Notes: generated by a model from the letters alone, not told the origin. A stretch of 64,000 nt of DNA from Minisyncoccota bacterium (GCA_035548315.1 DASZTF010000044.1:95484-159483); one strand, 5' to 3'. Counted from the stretch's first letter, positions 8,143 through 18,726 are shown. Made by a program: numbers and translations.

Positions 8143-10073
8143 GGCGTCAGGTGGGGGAGTAGTTTGCGCACCAGCGTGGAAAGCGAGAGGGTTGCCACGC
8201 CGAGCGCCGTGTCGGCACCGCCGTAGTAGATCGCGAGGGTGTCGCCGGAGAGCGTCATGCCGTCCGAGAATACCACGTTCCCCACGACGCCGTCCTTTTC
8301 CCAGGTCTCCACCGGCTCGAGGATGGGGAGCGTGGTGCGTGCCAGCACGTTCGTGCAGGTCTCTGCATCGAGTAGTACTGCGCCGAGCCGGTAGACTTTA
8401 TCCGCGCCGATCGCGTGATAGATGAGGAGCCAGCCCTCGGGGATGCGCATCGGGGGAGCAGCGCAACCGACTTTCTCGTGATCCCACATCCCCGGCCGCG
8501 GGCCGATAAGCTCGATGCAACGATTCACTGGTCGCGCGAACGCGAGGTCGTCGAACACGTCCGCGCAGATATTGGGATCGATCCGATGGATCACCATGTA
8601 TTTCCCGCCGACTTTCCCGGAGACAAGACATACGTCTTTATCGGTGACGCCGTCTGGAGTAAGGAGGCGCGGGAGCGCCCAGCGGTCAAACCGCTTCGCG
8701 AGGAAGTCGCTCACCGGGATAGAACTCACTGCGCCGCGAGGGTCGCGGACGCCGTCGTAGGCGGTGTAGGTGAGGTACAGGGTGTCGCCTATAAGCGTGA
8801 GACGCGGATCCTCGCAGCCGGAATTGCCATTCGGATCGCCCTGCTTTTGCTCGAATGGCTCGCGCGGCACATACGCAGGATTGTGCAAGCGCTCGACGAC
8901 GCGGAAGTCTTTATCCACGCGTGCGTACCCCATGACCGAGGTGTTGTCGGCACCCATCGCGCGGTAGAGGAGGTGCGTCTCACCATTCAATTCCACCGCA
9001 GCGGCATTGAGTACCGCGCGTGATTCCCAGGCGTGGTCGGCGATCGGTTCGAGGATGGGATTTTTAGCGTACCGCTTTACGAAATTAAGCCGGTACTGTT
9101 CGTCCATGGCGTCGAAGAGATCGGGGAGGAAAAGAGACCCCATCCCACACACGGTATCGGCAGCGCCGTAGAAAATATCGAGCGTATCTTCGCGCAGCAC
9201 TGCACCCGAAGGGAATACGATATTGGGGACGGCGCCGTAGCGCTCGTAGGATTCTTTGGGCGACATGAACGACCCCGGTGTGCGCATCACGACCTTTTGC
9301 GGATCGTGCGCGTCGAGTACGAGCGCTTCCACGCCAAAGAGGCGGTTGTGCTCGTCGTAGTAATTGCGGATATGGGAGTACACCAGCAGCCAGCCCTTTT
9401 CCGTGCGCAGCGGCGCGGCGCCGACCTCCACATGCTCGCTATCCTGGCGGCGCAGTTCAGGGAGCGCGTGATCGGCGAGGCGCTCGTGCCAGCGCTGCCA
9501 GAACTCCGGATTCCAAAAGTCTTCAATGTTCTTCGCGCGCGCTATAGCGATCGTCGGGCGCGGGTACTCCGGCGTGTAATCCGTGTGGCAGGTGAGGAGC
9601 AGCACCACGTCGCCACCGATGCGTTCGGGGAACAGTGTCGCGGCTTTTGCATTGAACGGCGTCACCACGTGTTTCTCGGTAAGTGCGGTGGGTGACGCAC
9701 CGACCGCCGCACCGACTTTAATATTGCTCGGGCCGAACGGGAACCCGCCGAGCGCCGTGTAGAACACGTACCATTTTCCTTCGAAGAATGTGGCGCGCGG
9801 ATCCTCGCACCCATACGCTTCCCACGGGTGCTCGGGGACGATCACTTGCGTACGCTCACCCACGACGCCATCGGCGAGCGTGGCGTGGCCGATCGTGGAG
9901 AGTCCGGCGTACGGCGTGAGGAGTACGTCCGGCCGCGCGGTAGCACGGTAGAAGAGGTGTGTGGTATCGCCCTCGCGCACCGCAGAGGGGTTGAATGTCG
10001 CAAGCGCTTCCCATGCACGCTCGCGCACGGGCGCGATGATCGGATTTTGAGGAGAGCGGGTGAGGTAGAACAT
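8139..10073 (-). CDS. Tandem two-domain GH130-family glycosidase/mannoside phosphorylase
   Basis: Two repeats of NP-I..N..GCEDPR..YTA..NVVF..YYG-AD. Confidence 0.88.
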   Translation of the reverse strand: MFYLTRSPQNPIIAPVRERAWEALATFNPSAVREGDTTHLFYRATARPDVLLTPYAGLSTIGHATLADGVVGERTQVIVPEHPWEAYGCEDPRATFFEGKWYVFYTALGGFPFGPSNIKVGAAVGASPTALTEKHVVTPFNAKAATLFPERIGGDVVLLLTCHTDYTPEYPRPTIAIARAKNIEDFWNPEFWQRWHERLADHALPELRRQDSEHVEVGAAPLRTEKGWLLVYSHIRNYYDEHNRLFGVEALVLDAHDPQKVVMRTPGSFMSPKESYERYGAVPNIVFPSGAVLREDTLDIFYGAADTVCGMGSLFLPDLFDAMDEQYRLNFVKRYAKNPILEPIADHAWESRAVLNAAAVELNGETHLLYRAMGADNTSVMGYARVDKDFRVVERLHNPAYVPREPFEQKQGDPNGNSGCEDPRLTLIGDTLYLTYTAYDGVRDPRGAVSSIPVSDFLAKRFDRWALPRLLTPDGVTDKDVCLVSGKVGGKYMVIHRIDPNICADVFDDLAFARPVNRCIELIGPRPGMWDHEKVGCAAPPMRIPEGWLLIYHAIGADKVYRLGAVLLDAETCTNVLARTTLPILEPVETWEKDGVVGNVVFSDGMTLSGDTLAIYYGGADTALGVATLSLSTLVRKLLPHLTP

Positions 10074-10076
10074 GCG

Positions 10077-11279
10077 CTACGCGGGGCGGGGCAAGAGACT
10101 CATGACGCGAATCGGCAGCGCCGGCTTCTTGCGACCCATGAGTTCTGCAAGGAACACCTCGAGTGGGGCAGCAGCAGCACATACGCGCATGTCGCCGCCG
10201 CCGTAGTACACGATGAGCATGCCGTCCTTCACAACGGCACCGGTCGCATAGATCACGCCAGGCTTGCCGTCGTTCTCGTAGGGCATATCGGGCTCGAGGA
10301 TGGGGTAAGGCGAGCGCGCGATGACCTTGGTGATGTCGTCCTTATCAAGAAGAACCGCGCCGATTTTATATTTATGCGGCTCGCGGGCATCATTCGCATG
10401 GTAGAGCACGAGCCAGCCGTATACGGTTTCGATGGGTGGCGGGCCCGATCCGCGTACGCGGCTGTCCCACACGTTCTCGTCGAACTCGTCGCGGAAACGC
10501 GCATCGCTCTTCACGTAGTCGGCGGGTTCGGTGTCGAGCGAGTCGAGGTATTCGATCAAGACGCGGCGGCGCGTGCCCTTCCTAAATCCGTGGAGCACGG
10601 CGTACGTACCATTAATTTTCCGCGGGAAGAGCACCCAGTTCTTCTGGACTTCACCGGGCGCGGAGAGGAAGACTGGTTTGGTCCAATTCCAGTGGTTCAT
10701 TTCCATGTCGTCGAGCGCGATCGAGGTGACGCCGATCCGGAGCGAGTCCCAATCGCTGAATGCCGAGAAGGAGAGGTACAGGCGGTCGTCCACGACGACC
10801 GCGCGAGGATCTTCCGTACCCGCCCACGTGCCGCCCGACTGCATCAATTTCTCGTAGAGCGCAGGATGGTAGCGCTTGCGGAGTTCTGCGTGCTGCGGCG
10901 CGCCGACACCGGTGAGCGCGAACACGGGCATCGGCAGGCGCGTATCAAAATGGAACCCATCTTCGCTTGAGGCATAGCCCACGCGCGAGACGCCGTCCAT
11001 GCCGATCGCGCGATAGAAAAGGTGCACGCGTCCTCGTGCATAGACCGCAGCCGGATTCATGACGCCGCCGGCTTCCCAGAACTTCCCGGTGGGCTCGAGC
11101 ACGGGATTATCATCGGCGCGCGCGAGCGCGAGCGGCCGGTCTAGGATGAAATCGCGGAGGCCGCGCATCGCGCGGCGCGAATGCTTCGAGTTCACAATGT
11201 GGAATGCGCCTTGGAGGAAAAAGAGCGTCGCGGCGATCGCTCCGGTGAGAAAGAGAAAGAGGATGACAATGTTACTCAT
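10077..11279 (-). CDS. GH130-family protein with N-terminal TM helix
   Basis: NPAA, GTEDPR, KNWVLFP, YYGGGD motifs. Confidence 0.85.
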   Translation of the reverse strand: MSNIVILFLFLTGAIAATLFFLQGAFHIVNSKHSRRAMRGLRDFILDRPLALARADDNPVLEPTGKFWEAGGVMNPAAVYARGRVHLFYRAIGMDGVSRVGYASSEDGFHFDTRLPMPVFALTGVGAPQHAELRKRYHPALYEKLMQSGGTWAGTEDPRAVVVDDRLYLSFSAFSDWDSLRIGVTSIALDDMEMNHWNWTKPVFLSAPGEVQKNWVLFPRKINGTYAVLHGFRKGTRRRVLIEYLDSLDTEPADYVKSDARFRDEFDENVWDSRVRGSGPPPIETVYGWLVLYHANDAREPHKYKIGAVLLDKDDITKVIARSPYPILEPDMPYENDGKPGVIYATGAVVKDGMLIVYYGGGDMRVCAAAAPLEVFLAELMGRKKPALPIRVMSLLPRPA

Positions 11280-11638
11280 GTCGGACTGGTGCGACCAAAA
11301 TCATCTTCAATACGCTCTTCGTCGTGCTCTTCGAAGGTCCCAAGTGCGATTTCCAGCCACACCAGGCCCTCGGCGTGTGCGGCGAGACGATGTGTGACTC
11401 CTCTTGGAATATGCACTTCGCTTCCCGCGCTCACGGACTCTGGCGTACCATCGACCTCTGCGGTGCCGCTGCCGGAAATGACGCGCCAAAATTCCGCGCG
11501 CTGCGCGTGGCGCTGAAGCGAAAGTCGTTCGTCGGGCTTGAGCGTGAGCAGTTTTACGGTGGACTGCTCGTTCAGCGTAAAGCGGTCGAAGGAACCCCAG
11601 GGGCGGTCTTCGTGGTCGCGGTGGGGGAGCAGGTTCAT
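11276..11638 (-). CDS. Cupin, mannose-6-phosphate isomerase type II C-terminal-like
   Basis: RPWG..LSLQRH..RAEFW..HRL..E-D..RIEDDFGR. Confidence 0.88.
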   Translation of the reverse strand: MNLLPHRDHEDRPWGSFDRFTLNEQSTVKLLTLKPDERLSLQRHAQRAEFWRVISGSGTAEVDGTPESVSAGSEVHIPRGVTHRLAAHAEGLVWLEIALGTFEEHDEERIEDDFGRTSPT

Positions 11639-11707
11639 AGCTCTCTCCAGTATAGCGAGCCTTCTCCCTCTGCCCCAGTAGGTAATGCACATCTAGTAGG
11701 GGAAAAA

Positions 11708-11725
11708 TGTAAAACCAGCTATACT
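11708..11725. promoter_or_regulatory. Candidate XRE operator overlapping -10
   Basis: TGTAAAACCAGCTATACT; 14/18 identical to 13110-13127. Confidence 0.6.
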
Positions 11726-11731
11726 GGCGCC

Positions 11732-11932
11732 ATGGCTCGTATCGAGAACAGGGTGCAGCAATTGCGCCACGGACTGGGCATGACCCAGGAAGAACTCGCG
11801 GAGAAGGCGAAGGTCACGCGCCAGACGATTATTGCGATTGAGAAGGGCAATTACGCTCCCTCCGTGGTGCTTGCGCTGCGGCTTGCGCATATACTAAAGA
11901 CATCCGTCGAACAGCTATTCACGCTTATATGA
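11732..11932 (+). CDS. XRE-family HTH transcriptional regulator
   Basis: NRVQQLR..MTQEELA..VTRQTIIAIEKGNYAPS. Confidence 0.92.
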   Translation: MARIENRVQQLRHGLGMTQEELAEKAKVTRQTIIAIEKGNYAPSVVLALRLAHILKTSVEQLFTLI

Positions 11933-12282
11933 TTTGGCATTATCTCATTGCTGCGGTACTTATTATCTCGCTCATCGCGGTCACCAATCCGTGGATGATC
12001 TTCATGCCCACGGTGATGGAGATGGTCGCGCTCGTGGTCATCGCCGTGCTCGTGGCGGGATACGCAGGACTCATTCTCGCGGAGCAGCCGAACGACGAGC
12101 GCGAAGACGCGCACCGCGCCTTTGCGGCGCGGGCGGGATTCATCACCGGCATCGCGCTCCTTACGGCCGCGCTCTTGTGGCAGGGCTTCCACCACGCGAT
12201 CGACGCGTGGGTGCCGAGCGCGCTCGGCGCGATGATACTCGCGAAAGTGGCCGCCCGTGCGTGGGCGAACCACTACCGCTAG
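11929..12282 (+). CDS. DUF2178-like membrane protein
   Basis: DER motif between TM helices; 4-nt overlap with the XRE gene. Confidence 0.7.
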   Translation: MIWHYLIAAVLIISLIAVTNPWMIFMPTVMEMVALVVIAVLVAGYAGLILAEQPNDEREDAHRAFAARAGFITGIALLTAALLWQGFHHAIDAWVPSALGAMILAKVAARAWANHYR

Positions 12283-12300
12283 CAGAAAGAACAAGAGGCG

Positions 12301-13026
12301 CTAGTGCGCCTCTTCGTTCATCATCGCACCGCTGTCCTCGTGCATCATCGCGTTATCTTGCGATTGGTTCGCGTCTCCCTCCATCATGCCTTCGCCGTTC
12401 GACTCGGTATTTTCTTCCTGCATCGAGCCCTGCTCCATAGTCGTGGATGCCATCGTGTCGTCATGCATCATCGCGTCGTCGGTGCTGCTTGCGTCCTCGT
12501 GCATCATGGCGTCCGCTGCTGCCTGCGCCGAGTCGCTGAGATCATAACCCGCGTCATCGAGCTTTGCGGCGAGGTCGGCATCCGACGGTGTTTCATCGAG
12601 CACCGCGGTGTCTGAAAGTTCCGCGCTTGCTGCGGCATCGTCACCCGCGAGTACCTCGGTATCAGAATCGTCGTACGTTCCATTACCATCGTCTGCCACC
12701 ACCGCTGCGGTAATCGTCGCACCTGCGGTCAGTGTGCCGTTCGTATGGATGTGCACATTGCGATGCTCACCCGCGGTCAAGAGATCGCTCTGACCGGCCA
12801 CGGTCTTGGGCGTGCTCGTACTGCTCGTGTAGATCACCACGTATCCCGGCTTAGCGAGCTTGGCGTATGTGACGACCATGTCGTCGCTTGGCTTCTGGCT
12901 TTCCAGAAGGACGGCATTGTCGTTCGTGACAAGCGTCGTCGCGTACGCGCGGTCGAGGTACCAGTAGCCTCCGATCACGAGGATCACAAGCACGATACCG
13001 GTAACCCACCATTGATTCATATTCAT
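12301..13026 (-). CDS. Membrane-anchored acidic protein with Met/His-rich repeat tail
   Basis: N-terminal TM; repeated AMMH(E/D)D. Confidence 0.8.
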   Translation of the reverse strand: MNMNQWWVTGIVLVILVIGGYWYLDRAYATTLVTNDNAVLLESQKPSDDMVVTYAKLAKPGYVVIYTSSTSTPKTVAGQSDLLTAGEHRNVHIHTNGTLTAGATITAAVVADDGNGTYDDSDTEVLAGDDAAASAELSDTAVLDETPSDADLAAKLDDAGYDLSDSAQAAADAMMHEDASSTDDAMMHDDTMASTTMEQGSMQEENTESNGEGMMEGDANQSQDNAMMHEDSGAMMNEEAH

Positions 13027-13109
13027 AGTTGCTTCTTATAGTTTGCGTAATAAACGTCCGATCTGAATTAACCGTACCATGCATATGTCTCTCGTGAAGG
13101 AGGGGAGTG

Positions 13110-13127
13110 TGTAAAACCTACTTTACA
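13110..13127. promoter_or_regulatory. Palindromic operator TGTAAA-N6-TTTACA
   Basis: Inverted repeat in the divergent intergenic region upstream of dipZ. Confidence 0.6.
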
Positions 13128-13157
13128 TTTCAGGTCATCGCTCTAGGATAAGCAGAT

Positions 13158-14891
13158 ATGGCGCTTTTCTTCATATCGTTCCTCGCGGGCGTATTAACCG
13201 TCGTGTCTCCCTGCGTGCTGCCGCTTCTGCCCGTGATTGTGGGCGGGACGATTGCAGGAGGGACGAATGTGAAGCGCGCGCTTACGGTGACGCTCGCGCT
13301 CGGCGCATCGGTGCTCGCGTTCACCTTCTTGCTCAAAGCATCCACACTCCTCATTAGCGTGCCGCAATCATTTTGGAGTTATGCGTCGGGCGCGCTCATC
13401 ATATTGATTGGCATTGCGACACTCTTCCCGCGTATCTACGACCAGCTGCCGTTCATGGCGGCGTTCAACCGCGACAGCAATAAGTTGATGTCGAGCGGCT
13501 ATATGCGCCAGACGTTCTGGGGTGATGTGATCGTGGGTGCCGCGCTCGGCCCCGTGTTCTCCACCTGCAGCCCGACGTATTTCATCGTGCTCGCGACCGT
13601 GCTTCCCGCGAGCCTCGCGCTCGGCGTGGCCGACATGCTCGCGTATGTGATCGGTTTGTGCGCGTTTCTCTTCCTCATTGCGATTGCTGGGCAGAAATTG
13701 GTGGGAAATCTCGCGACCGCGGCAGACCCGAACGCGTGGTGGCGAAAGGCGCTCGGCATACTGCTCATCCTCACCGGCCTACTCATCGTGACTGGTTACG
13801 CAGCAGCAGTAGAGGCACCGCTCTACACCATCTTCGACGAGACGAAGGTGGAGCAGAAGCTTTTGGGCAATGGGGGCGATACTTCGGTGCTTGCGACTTC
13901 CACATCTGCAACTACGCTTGCAGAAAAAATGGCGAAGTATCACCTCGCGGCGGAGTTGCAGAGCCCTGATGCGTACCTCAACACCGGTGGCCAGCCAATT
14001 AATCTCGCGCAGTATCGCGGGAAAAATGTCGTGCTCATCGATTTCTGGACGTATTCCTGTATCAACTGCTTGCGCACGATTCCGTATGTCACCGAGTGGT
14101 ATTCAAAATATAAAGATCAAGGCTTAGTGATCATTGGGGTGCACACACCGGAATTTGCATTCGAGCACGTACTCGCGAATGTGCAGGACGCCGTGCAGCG
14201 ACTCGGCATCACGTACCCGGTCGTGCTCGATAATGAGTATGCGACGTGGAATGCATTCCAGAATCAGTACTGGCCGCGCGAGTACCTTATCGATATCGAC
14301 GGGTTCATCGTGCATGACCATGCGGGCGAGGGCGACTATGACCAGACGGAGGCGGCGATTCAAGCGGCACTTAAGGAGCGTGCACAGCGGCTCGGCACGG
14401 CGTACGCAGCGACCTCCACCGTGAGCACCATACCGTCATCGGTCGTGAGCGGCGTGGGAAGTCCGGAGACGTACTTCGGCAGTAATCGCAATCAATACTT
14501 CGGAAATGGCGCAGCGGGACAGAGCGGGACGAGTACGTATACGCTTCCTGCGGAAGCGTCCCCGAATACCTTCGACCTTGGCGGCACCTGGGATATCGAG
14601 CCCGAATACGCGCAGGCCGTGAGCGCAGGCGCGTCGATTCAGTATGAATACCAAGCAAGCAATGTGTACTTCGTGGCGGCGAGCGATGCGCCGGTGAAGG
14701 TAGAGGTACTGCTCGATGGACAGCCGATAGGGAAGATGGGCGGCACCGATGTCGACCCGACTACTTCCACCATGACCATTCAGGCGAATCGCCTGTATAG
14801 CGTGGTGCATATGACCACGCCGGGCGTCCACACTCTCGAGCTCAAAGCCCTCACCCCAGGGCTTATGGCGTACACGTTCACCTTTGGCTAG
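13158..14891 (+). CDS. dipZ: DipZ-like CcdA/DsbD TM domain + thioredoxin domain
   Basis: SPCVLPLLP, FSTCSP, DFWTYSCINC, GVHTPEF, ends FTFG. Confidence 0.88.
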   Translation: MALFFISFLAGVLTVVSPCVLPLLPVIVGGTIAGGTNVKRALTVTLALGASVLAFTFLLKASTLLISVPQSFWSYASGALIILIGIATLFPRIYDQLPFMAAFNRDSNKLMSSGYMRQTFWGDVIVGAALGPVFSTCSPTYFIVLATVLPASLALGVADMLAYVIGLCAFLFLIAIAGQKLVGNLATAADPNAWWRKALGILLILTGLLIVTGYAAAVEAPLYTIFDETKVEQKLLGNGGDTSVLATSTSATTLAEKMAKYHLAAELQSPDAYLNTGGQPINLAQYRGKNVVLIDFWTYSCINCLRTIPYVTEWYSKYKDQGLVIIGVHTPEFAFEHVLANVQDAVQRLGITYPVVLDNEYATWNAFQNQYWPREYLIDIDGFIVHDHAGEGDYDQTEAAIQAALKERAQRLGTAYAATSTVSTIPSSVVSGVGSPETYFGSNRNQYFGNGAAGQSGTSTYTLPAEASPNTFDLGGTWDIEPEYAQAVSAGASIQYEYQASNVYFVAASDAPVKVEVLLDGQPIGKMGGTDVDPTTSTMTIQANRLYSVVHMTTPGVHTLELKALTPGLMAYTFTFG

Positions 14892-14974
14892 GTGCATAAC
14901 TCGCCCATAAAATTGTGACAGCACTATACTGAAGGGGTGCACCTTATTCCGATAAGCTTATCGAAAGAATTCTT

Positions 14975-15199
14975 ATGAAGGCATTGCACATGATTGCGTT
15001 CATCCTTCTCATCGTAGGAGGACTCAACTGGGGCCTCGTCGGCCTCGGCGGATTCGCGGGTGCTGACTGGAATGTCGTCCACATGATCCTCGGCTCCTGG
15101 CCGGCGGTCGAGTGGCTCGTCTACGTCCTCGTCGGTCTCTCCGCACTCTGGCTCGTGTTCTCGCACAAGAAGGACTGCCGCGTCTGCAGCGCGATGTAA
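14975..15199 (+). CDS. DUF378 membrane protein
   Basis: LLIVGGLNWGLVG..VYVLVGLSA; C-terminal CXXC. Confidence 0.88.
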   Translation: MKALHMIAFILLIVGGLNWGLVGLGGFAGADWNVVHMILGSWPAVEWLVYVLVGLSALWLVFSHKKDCRVCSAM

Positions 15200-15221
15200 G
15201 TCATCGTTCTCACGAACGAGC

Positions 15222-15251
15222 GCACGGCCCCGCCTTCTGGCGGGGCCGTGC
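15222..15251 (+). terminator. Hairpin terminator
   Basis: GCACGGCCCCGCC-TTCT-GGCGGGGCCGTGC. Confidence 0.7.
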
Positions 15252-15326
15252 TGTTGTGTAATTCGTTATCCCCGGTTGCCGGATTTCCAGGTTCGCTATA
15301 CTGACCCGACAGTAATTATTTTTTAT

Positions 15327-15848
15327 ATGCACACGTCCCTCTACTCCGTTACCATCCCGACCTTCAAGAAGGGTCTCTCGGCGCTTTCGGGCCTCCTCGA
15401 CAAGGCCGACGCGTTTCTTAAAGAGAAGGGCCTGCCCGAAGCAGACCTCTTGCAGAAGCGCCTCGCGCCCGACATGTTCCCATTCGTGAAGCAGGTGCAG
15501 CTCGTCTCTGATCAATCGAAGGGATTCGCCGCGCGCATCCAGGGGCGGGACCCCGTCTCGATGGAAGACACTGAAGCATCGATCGCGGAACTGAAAGAGC
15601 GCATCGCAAAGACGATTGCAGTCCTCGATGCGGTCAAGCCCGAAGATATTGATGGTAAAGAAGACACCGAGATCCGCATCAAGTGGTTCCCGGGGCAGCA
15701 CATCCTCGGCGGCCACTACGCGCTCGAGTACGTGCTTCCGAACTTCTTCTTCCACCTCACGACCGCGTACGACCTCCTGCGCGCCGAGGGCATCCAGATA
15801 GGGAAGGCCGACTTCATCGGTGCTCTTTCGCTGCGGGATGACGCGTAA
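15327..15848 (+). CDS. DUF1993 protein
   Basis: RLAPDMFPF..QVQ; LPNFFFHLTTAYDLLR..GKADF. Confidence 0.9.
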   Translation: MHTSLYSVTIPTFKKGLSALSGLLDKADAFLKEKGLPEADLLQKRLAPDMFPFVKQVQLVSDQSKGFAARIQGRDPVSMEDTEASIAELKERIAKTIAVLDAVKPEDIDGKEDTEIRIKWFPGQHILGGHYALEYVLPNFFFHLTTAYDLLRAEGIQIGKADFIGALSLRDDA

Positions 15849-15868
15849 AATGCTATACTGACGCTACT

Positions 15869-16606
<738 letters not shown>

Positions 16607-16612
16607 TCAATT

Positions 16613-17383
16613 ATGAAAAATCCTGCACTCATTGGGTACTACACGATGGTCCGCAAGGCGACCGTCCGCATCATCCGCATCTGGTCGCAGACGCTCTTGC
16701 CGCCAATAGTCACCACGACGCTGTACTTCATCGTGTTCGGTACGTTCATCGGCAGCCAGCTCGCATCGGTCTCAGGGCACAGCTACATGGAGTTCATCGT
16801 GCCGGGCCTCGTGATGATGTCGATCATCACAAGCTCCTACATGAACACCGTGTCCACGTTCTACTTTGAAAAGTGGCAGCGCACGATCGACGAAATGCTC
16901 GTGTCGCCGATGCCGAGCTGGGTCATTATGCTCGGGTTCGTCTCGGGCGGCGTGATCCGTGCGATTCTCGTGGGCATCTTGGTCGTGATCGTGGCGCTGT
17001 TCTTCACGCACCTTGCGGTCACGAGCTTTCTCATCGTGCTTGTGGCGGCGTTCCTCACCGCATTTCTCTTCGCACTCGCAGGGCTCGTGAACGGATTCTT
17101 CGCGAAGTCGTTCGACGCGATTTCAATTGTTCCCACATTTGTGCTTACTCCGCTTACCTACTTGGGCGGGGTGTTCTACTCGGTCAATCAGCTGCCGCCG
17201 TTCTTCCGCGACCTCTCGCTCGTCAACCCGATCCTCTACATGGTGAATCTCTTCCGCTACGGCTTCCTCGGCGTCTCCGACGTCCCGCCGGCGACTGCGT
17301 TCCTCGTGCTCGCGGCCTTCACCATCGGATTCCTCGTGCTCACCACGTGGCTCTTCGCCCGCGGTACGGGTCTCAAGCACTAA
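16613..17383 (+). CDS. ABC-2 permease (YadH-like)
   Basis: RIWSQTLLPP, YMEFIVPGL, LTPLTYLGGVFYS. Confidence 0.93.
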   Translation: MKNPALIGYYTMVRKATVRIIRIWSQTLLPPIVTTTLYFIVFGTFIGSQLASVSGHSYMEFIVPGLVMMSIITSSYMNTVSTFYFEKWQRTIDEMLVSPMPSWVIMLGFVSGGVIRAILVGILVVIVALFFTHLAVTSFLIVLVAAFLTAFLFALAGLVNGFFAKSFDAISIVPTFVLTPLTYLGGVFYSVNQLPPFFRDLSLVNPILYMVNLFRYGFLGVSDVPPATAFLVLAAFTIGFLVLTTWLFARGTGLKH

Positions 17384-17400
17384 TCTCGCTCGCCGTACGC

Positions 17401-18108
17401 ATGGATATCTCACTCGTCATACCCGCGTATAACGAGGAGGACTATATCGGCTCGTGCATCAAGTACGCGCAGAAATACGACGGGTTCAAGGAAATTGTGG
17501 TCGTCGATAATGCATCGACCGATCGTACCGCGGAGGTCGCCGCGCGCTACCCGGGCGTGCGCGTGGTGCGCGAAGACCGAAAGGGGACAGGGTACGCGCG
17601 TGACTCAGGCTACCGCGCGACGACTGCGGACATCGTGGCATTCGTCGATGCCGACACGCACATCCGCCCGCACTGGCGCGACCGCATCGTGCGCGCATTC
17701 GAGCGCGACCCACGGCTCGTGTGCCTTACGGGACCCTATTGGTTCTACGACCTGCCGAAGATTACTGCCGTCCTACTCTGGCTCAACTGGCGGCTCACCC
17801 TCATCGGCAATCTCTTCACGGGACCGCTCGGGGTTGGCGGGAATATGGCGCTGCGCCGCACGGCGCTCGACGCGATGGGCGGGTTCGATACCTCGATCAC
17901 CTTCTACGGCGACGACGTGGATGTCACGCGGCGCGCGGGACGCTTCGGGCGTGTGCGGTTTACGTTCCGCATCATCATCGATTCTTCGGGCCGTCGCTAT
18001 CGCAAGTTCGGCGTGCTGCGCACGCTTGCGCTCTATATACGGAATGGGTTCGTGAGCGCATTCCATGCGCGCCCGACGTATACGAAGGACTACGAAGAAG
18101 CGCGCTAG
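17401..18108 (+). CDS. Glycosyltransferase family 2
   Basis: SLVIPAYNEE, VVDNASTD, FVDAD. Confidence 0.92.
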   Translation: MDISLVIPAYNEEDYIGSCIKYAQKYDGFKEIVVVDNASTDRTAEVAARYPGVRVVREDRKGTGYARDSGYRATTADIVAFVDADTHIRPHWRDRIVRAFERDPRLVCLTGPYWFYDLPKITAVLLWLNWRLTLIGNLFTGPLGVGGNMALRRTALDAMGGFDTSITFYGDDVDVTRRAGRFGRVRFTFRIIIDSSGRRYRKFGVLRTLALYIRNGFVSAFHARPTYTKDYEEAR

Positions 18109-18109
18109 G

Positions 18110-18697
18110 CTACCATTCTTTGGCGGCGAGTTTCTTGAGCACGTGCTGCATCACGATCACGACCGCGACGAGCGCGATGACAACGAAGGCGAGCCGAAGC
18201 GACGGAGGCAGGAAGTCGCTTACATTGCCGAAGTAGAACCCAATCGCGATGGGGATAAGCGCCCACAGGAGTTCTCCCGAGACATTGAGTACCATATACC
18301 GCCAGAAGGGCACACGCATCATACCCGCGACCGCGAGCACGCCGATTGCTACGCCGAGCCCCATGGTGAGTTTTGAAATGATGAGGATCCACTCGTGGTA
18401 GCGCAAGAAGCGGGCTTCGAGTCGGTCGATCAAATCTCCGGTAATGCCAAAGTAATGCCCGTAGCGCAAGAGGAAGGGGCGCGCCCCGCGGCGCCCGGCC
18501 CAGTACCAGCCCACATCGCCCACGAGGTCCGCCGCCACGATGGTGCCGTACGCCGGCCAGAAATCGAGCTGGTGGATATGGATGAGGTAGCCGGCACCGA
18601 TCATCACGATCGGGCTCCCGAGCAGGGTCGTGAAGAACAGCAGCCCGTAGCGGGATGCCTCGACGAACCCCACGAGCGTGGTAAAGAGGGTTTCCAT
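18110..18697 (-). CDS. DedA/SNARE-associated membrane protein
   Basis: GDVGWYWAGRRG..AGMMRVPFWRY..LLW. Confidence 0.85.
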   Translation of the reverse strand: METLFTTLVGFVEASRYGLLFFTTLLGSPIVMIGAGYLIHIHQLDFWPAYGTIVAADLVGDVGWYWAGRRGARPFLLRYGHYFGITGDLIDRLEARFLRYHEWILIISKLTMGLGVAIGVLAVAGMMRVPFWRYMVLNVSGELLWALIPIAIGFYFGNVSDFLPPSLRLAFVVIALVAVVIVMQHVLKKLAAKEW

Positions 18698-18726
18698 GAC
18701 GATCGTTCCAGTATAATACCTGATAT

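Noticed and set aside
16873-17400. N-terminal extension of the GT2 ORF (similar extensions at 11324, 5867, 31666, 37674)
   Set aside because: Overlaps other genes or intergenic signals; family motifs and promoter spacing support later starts
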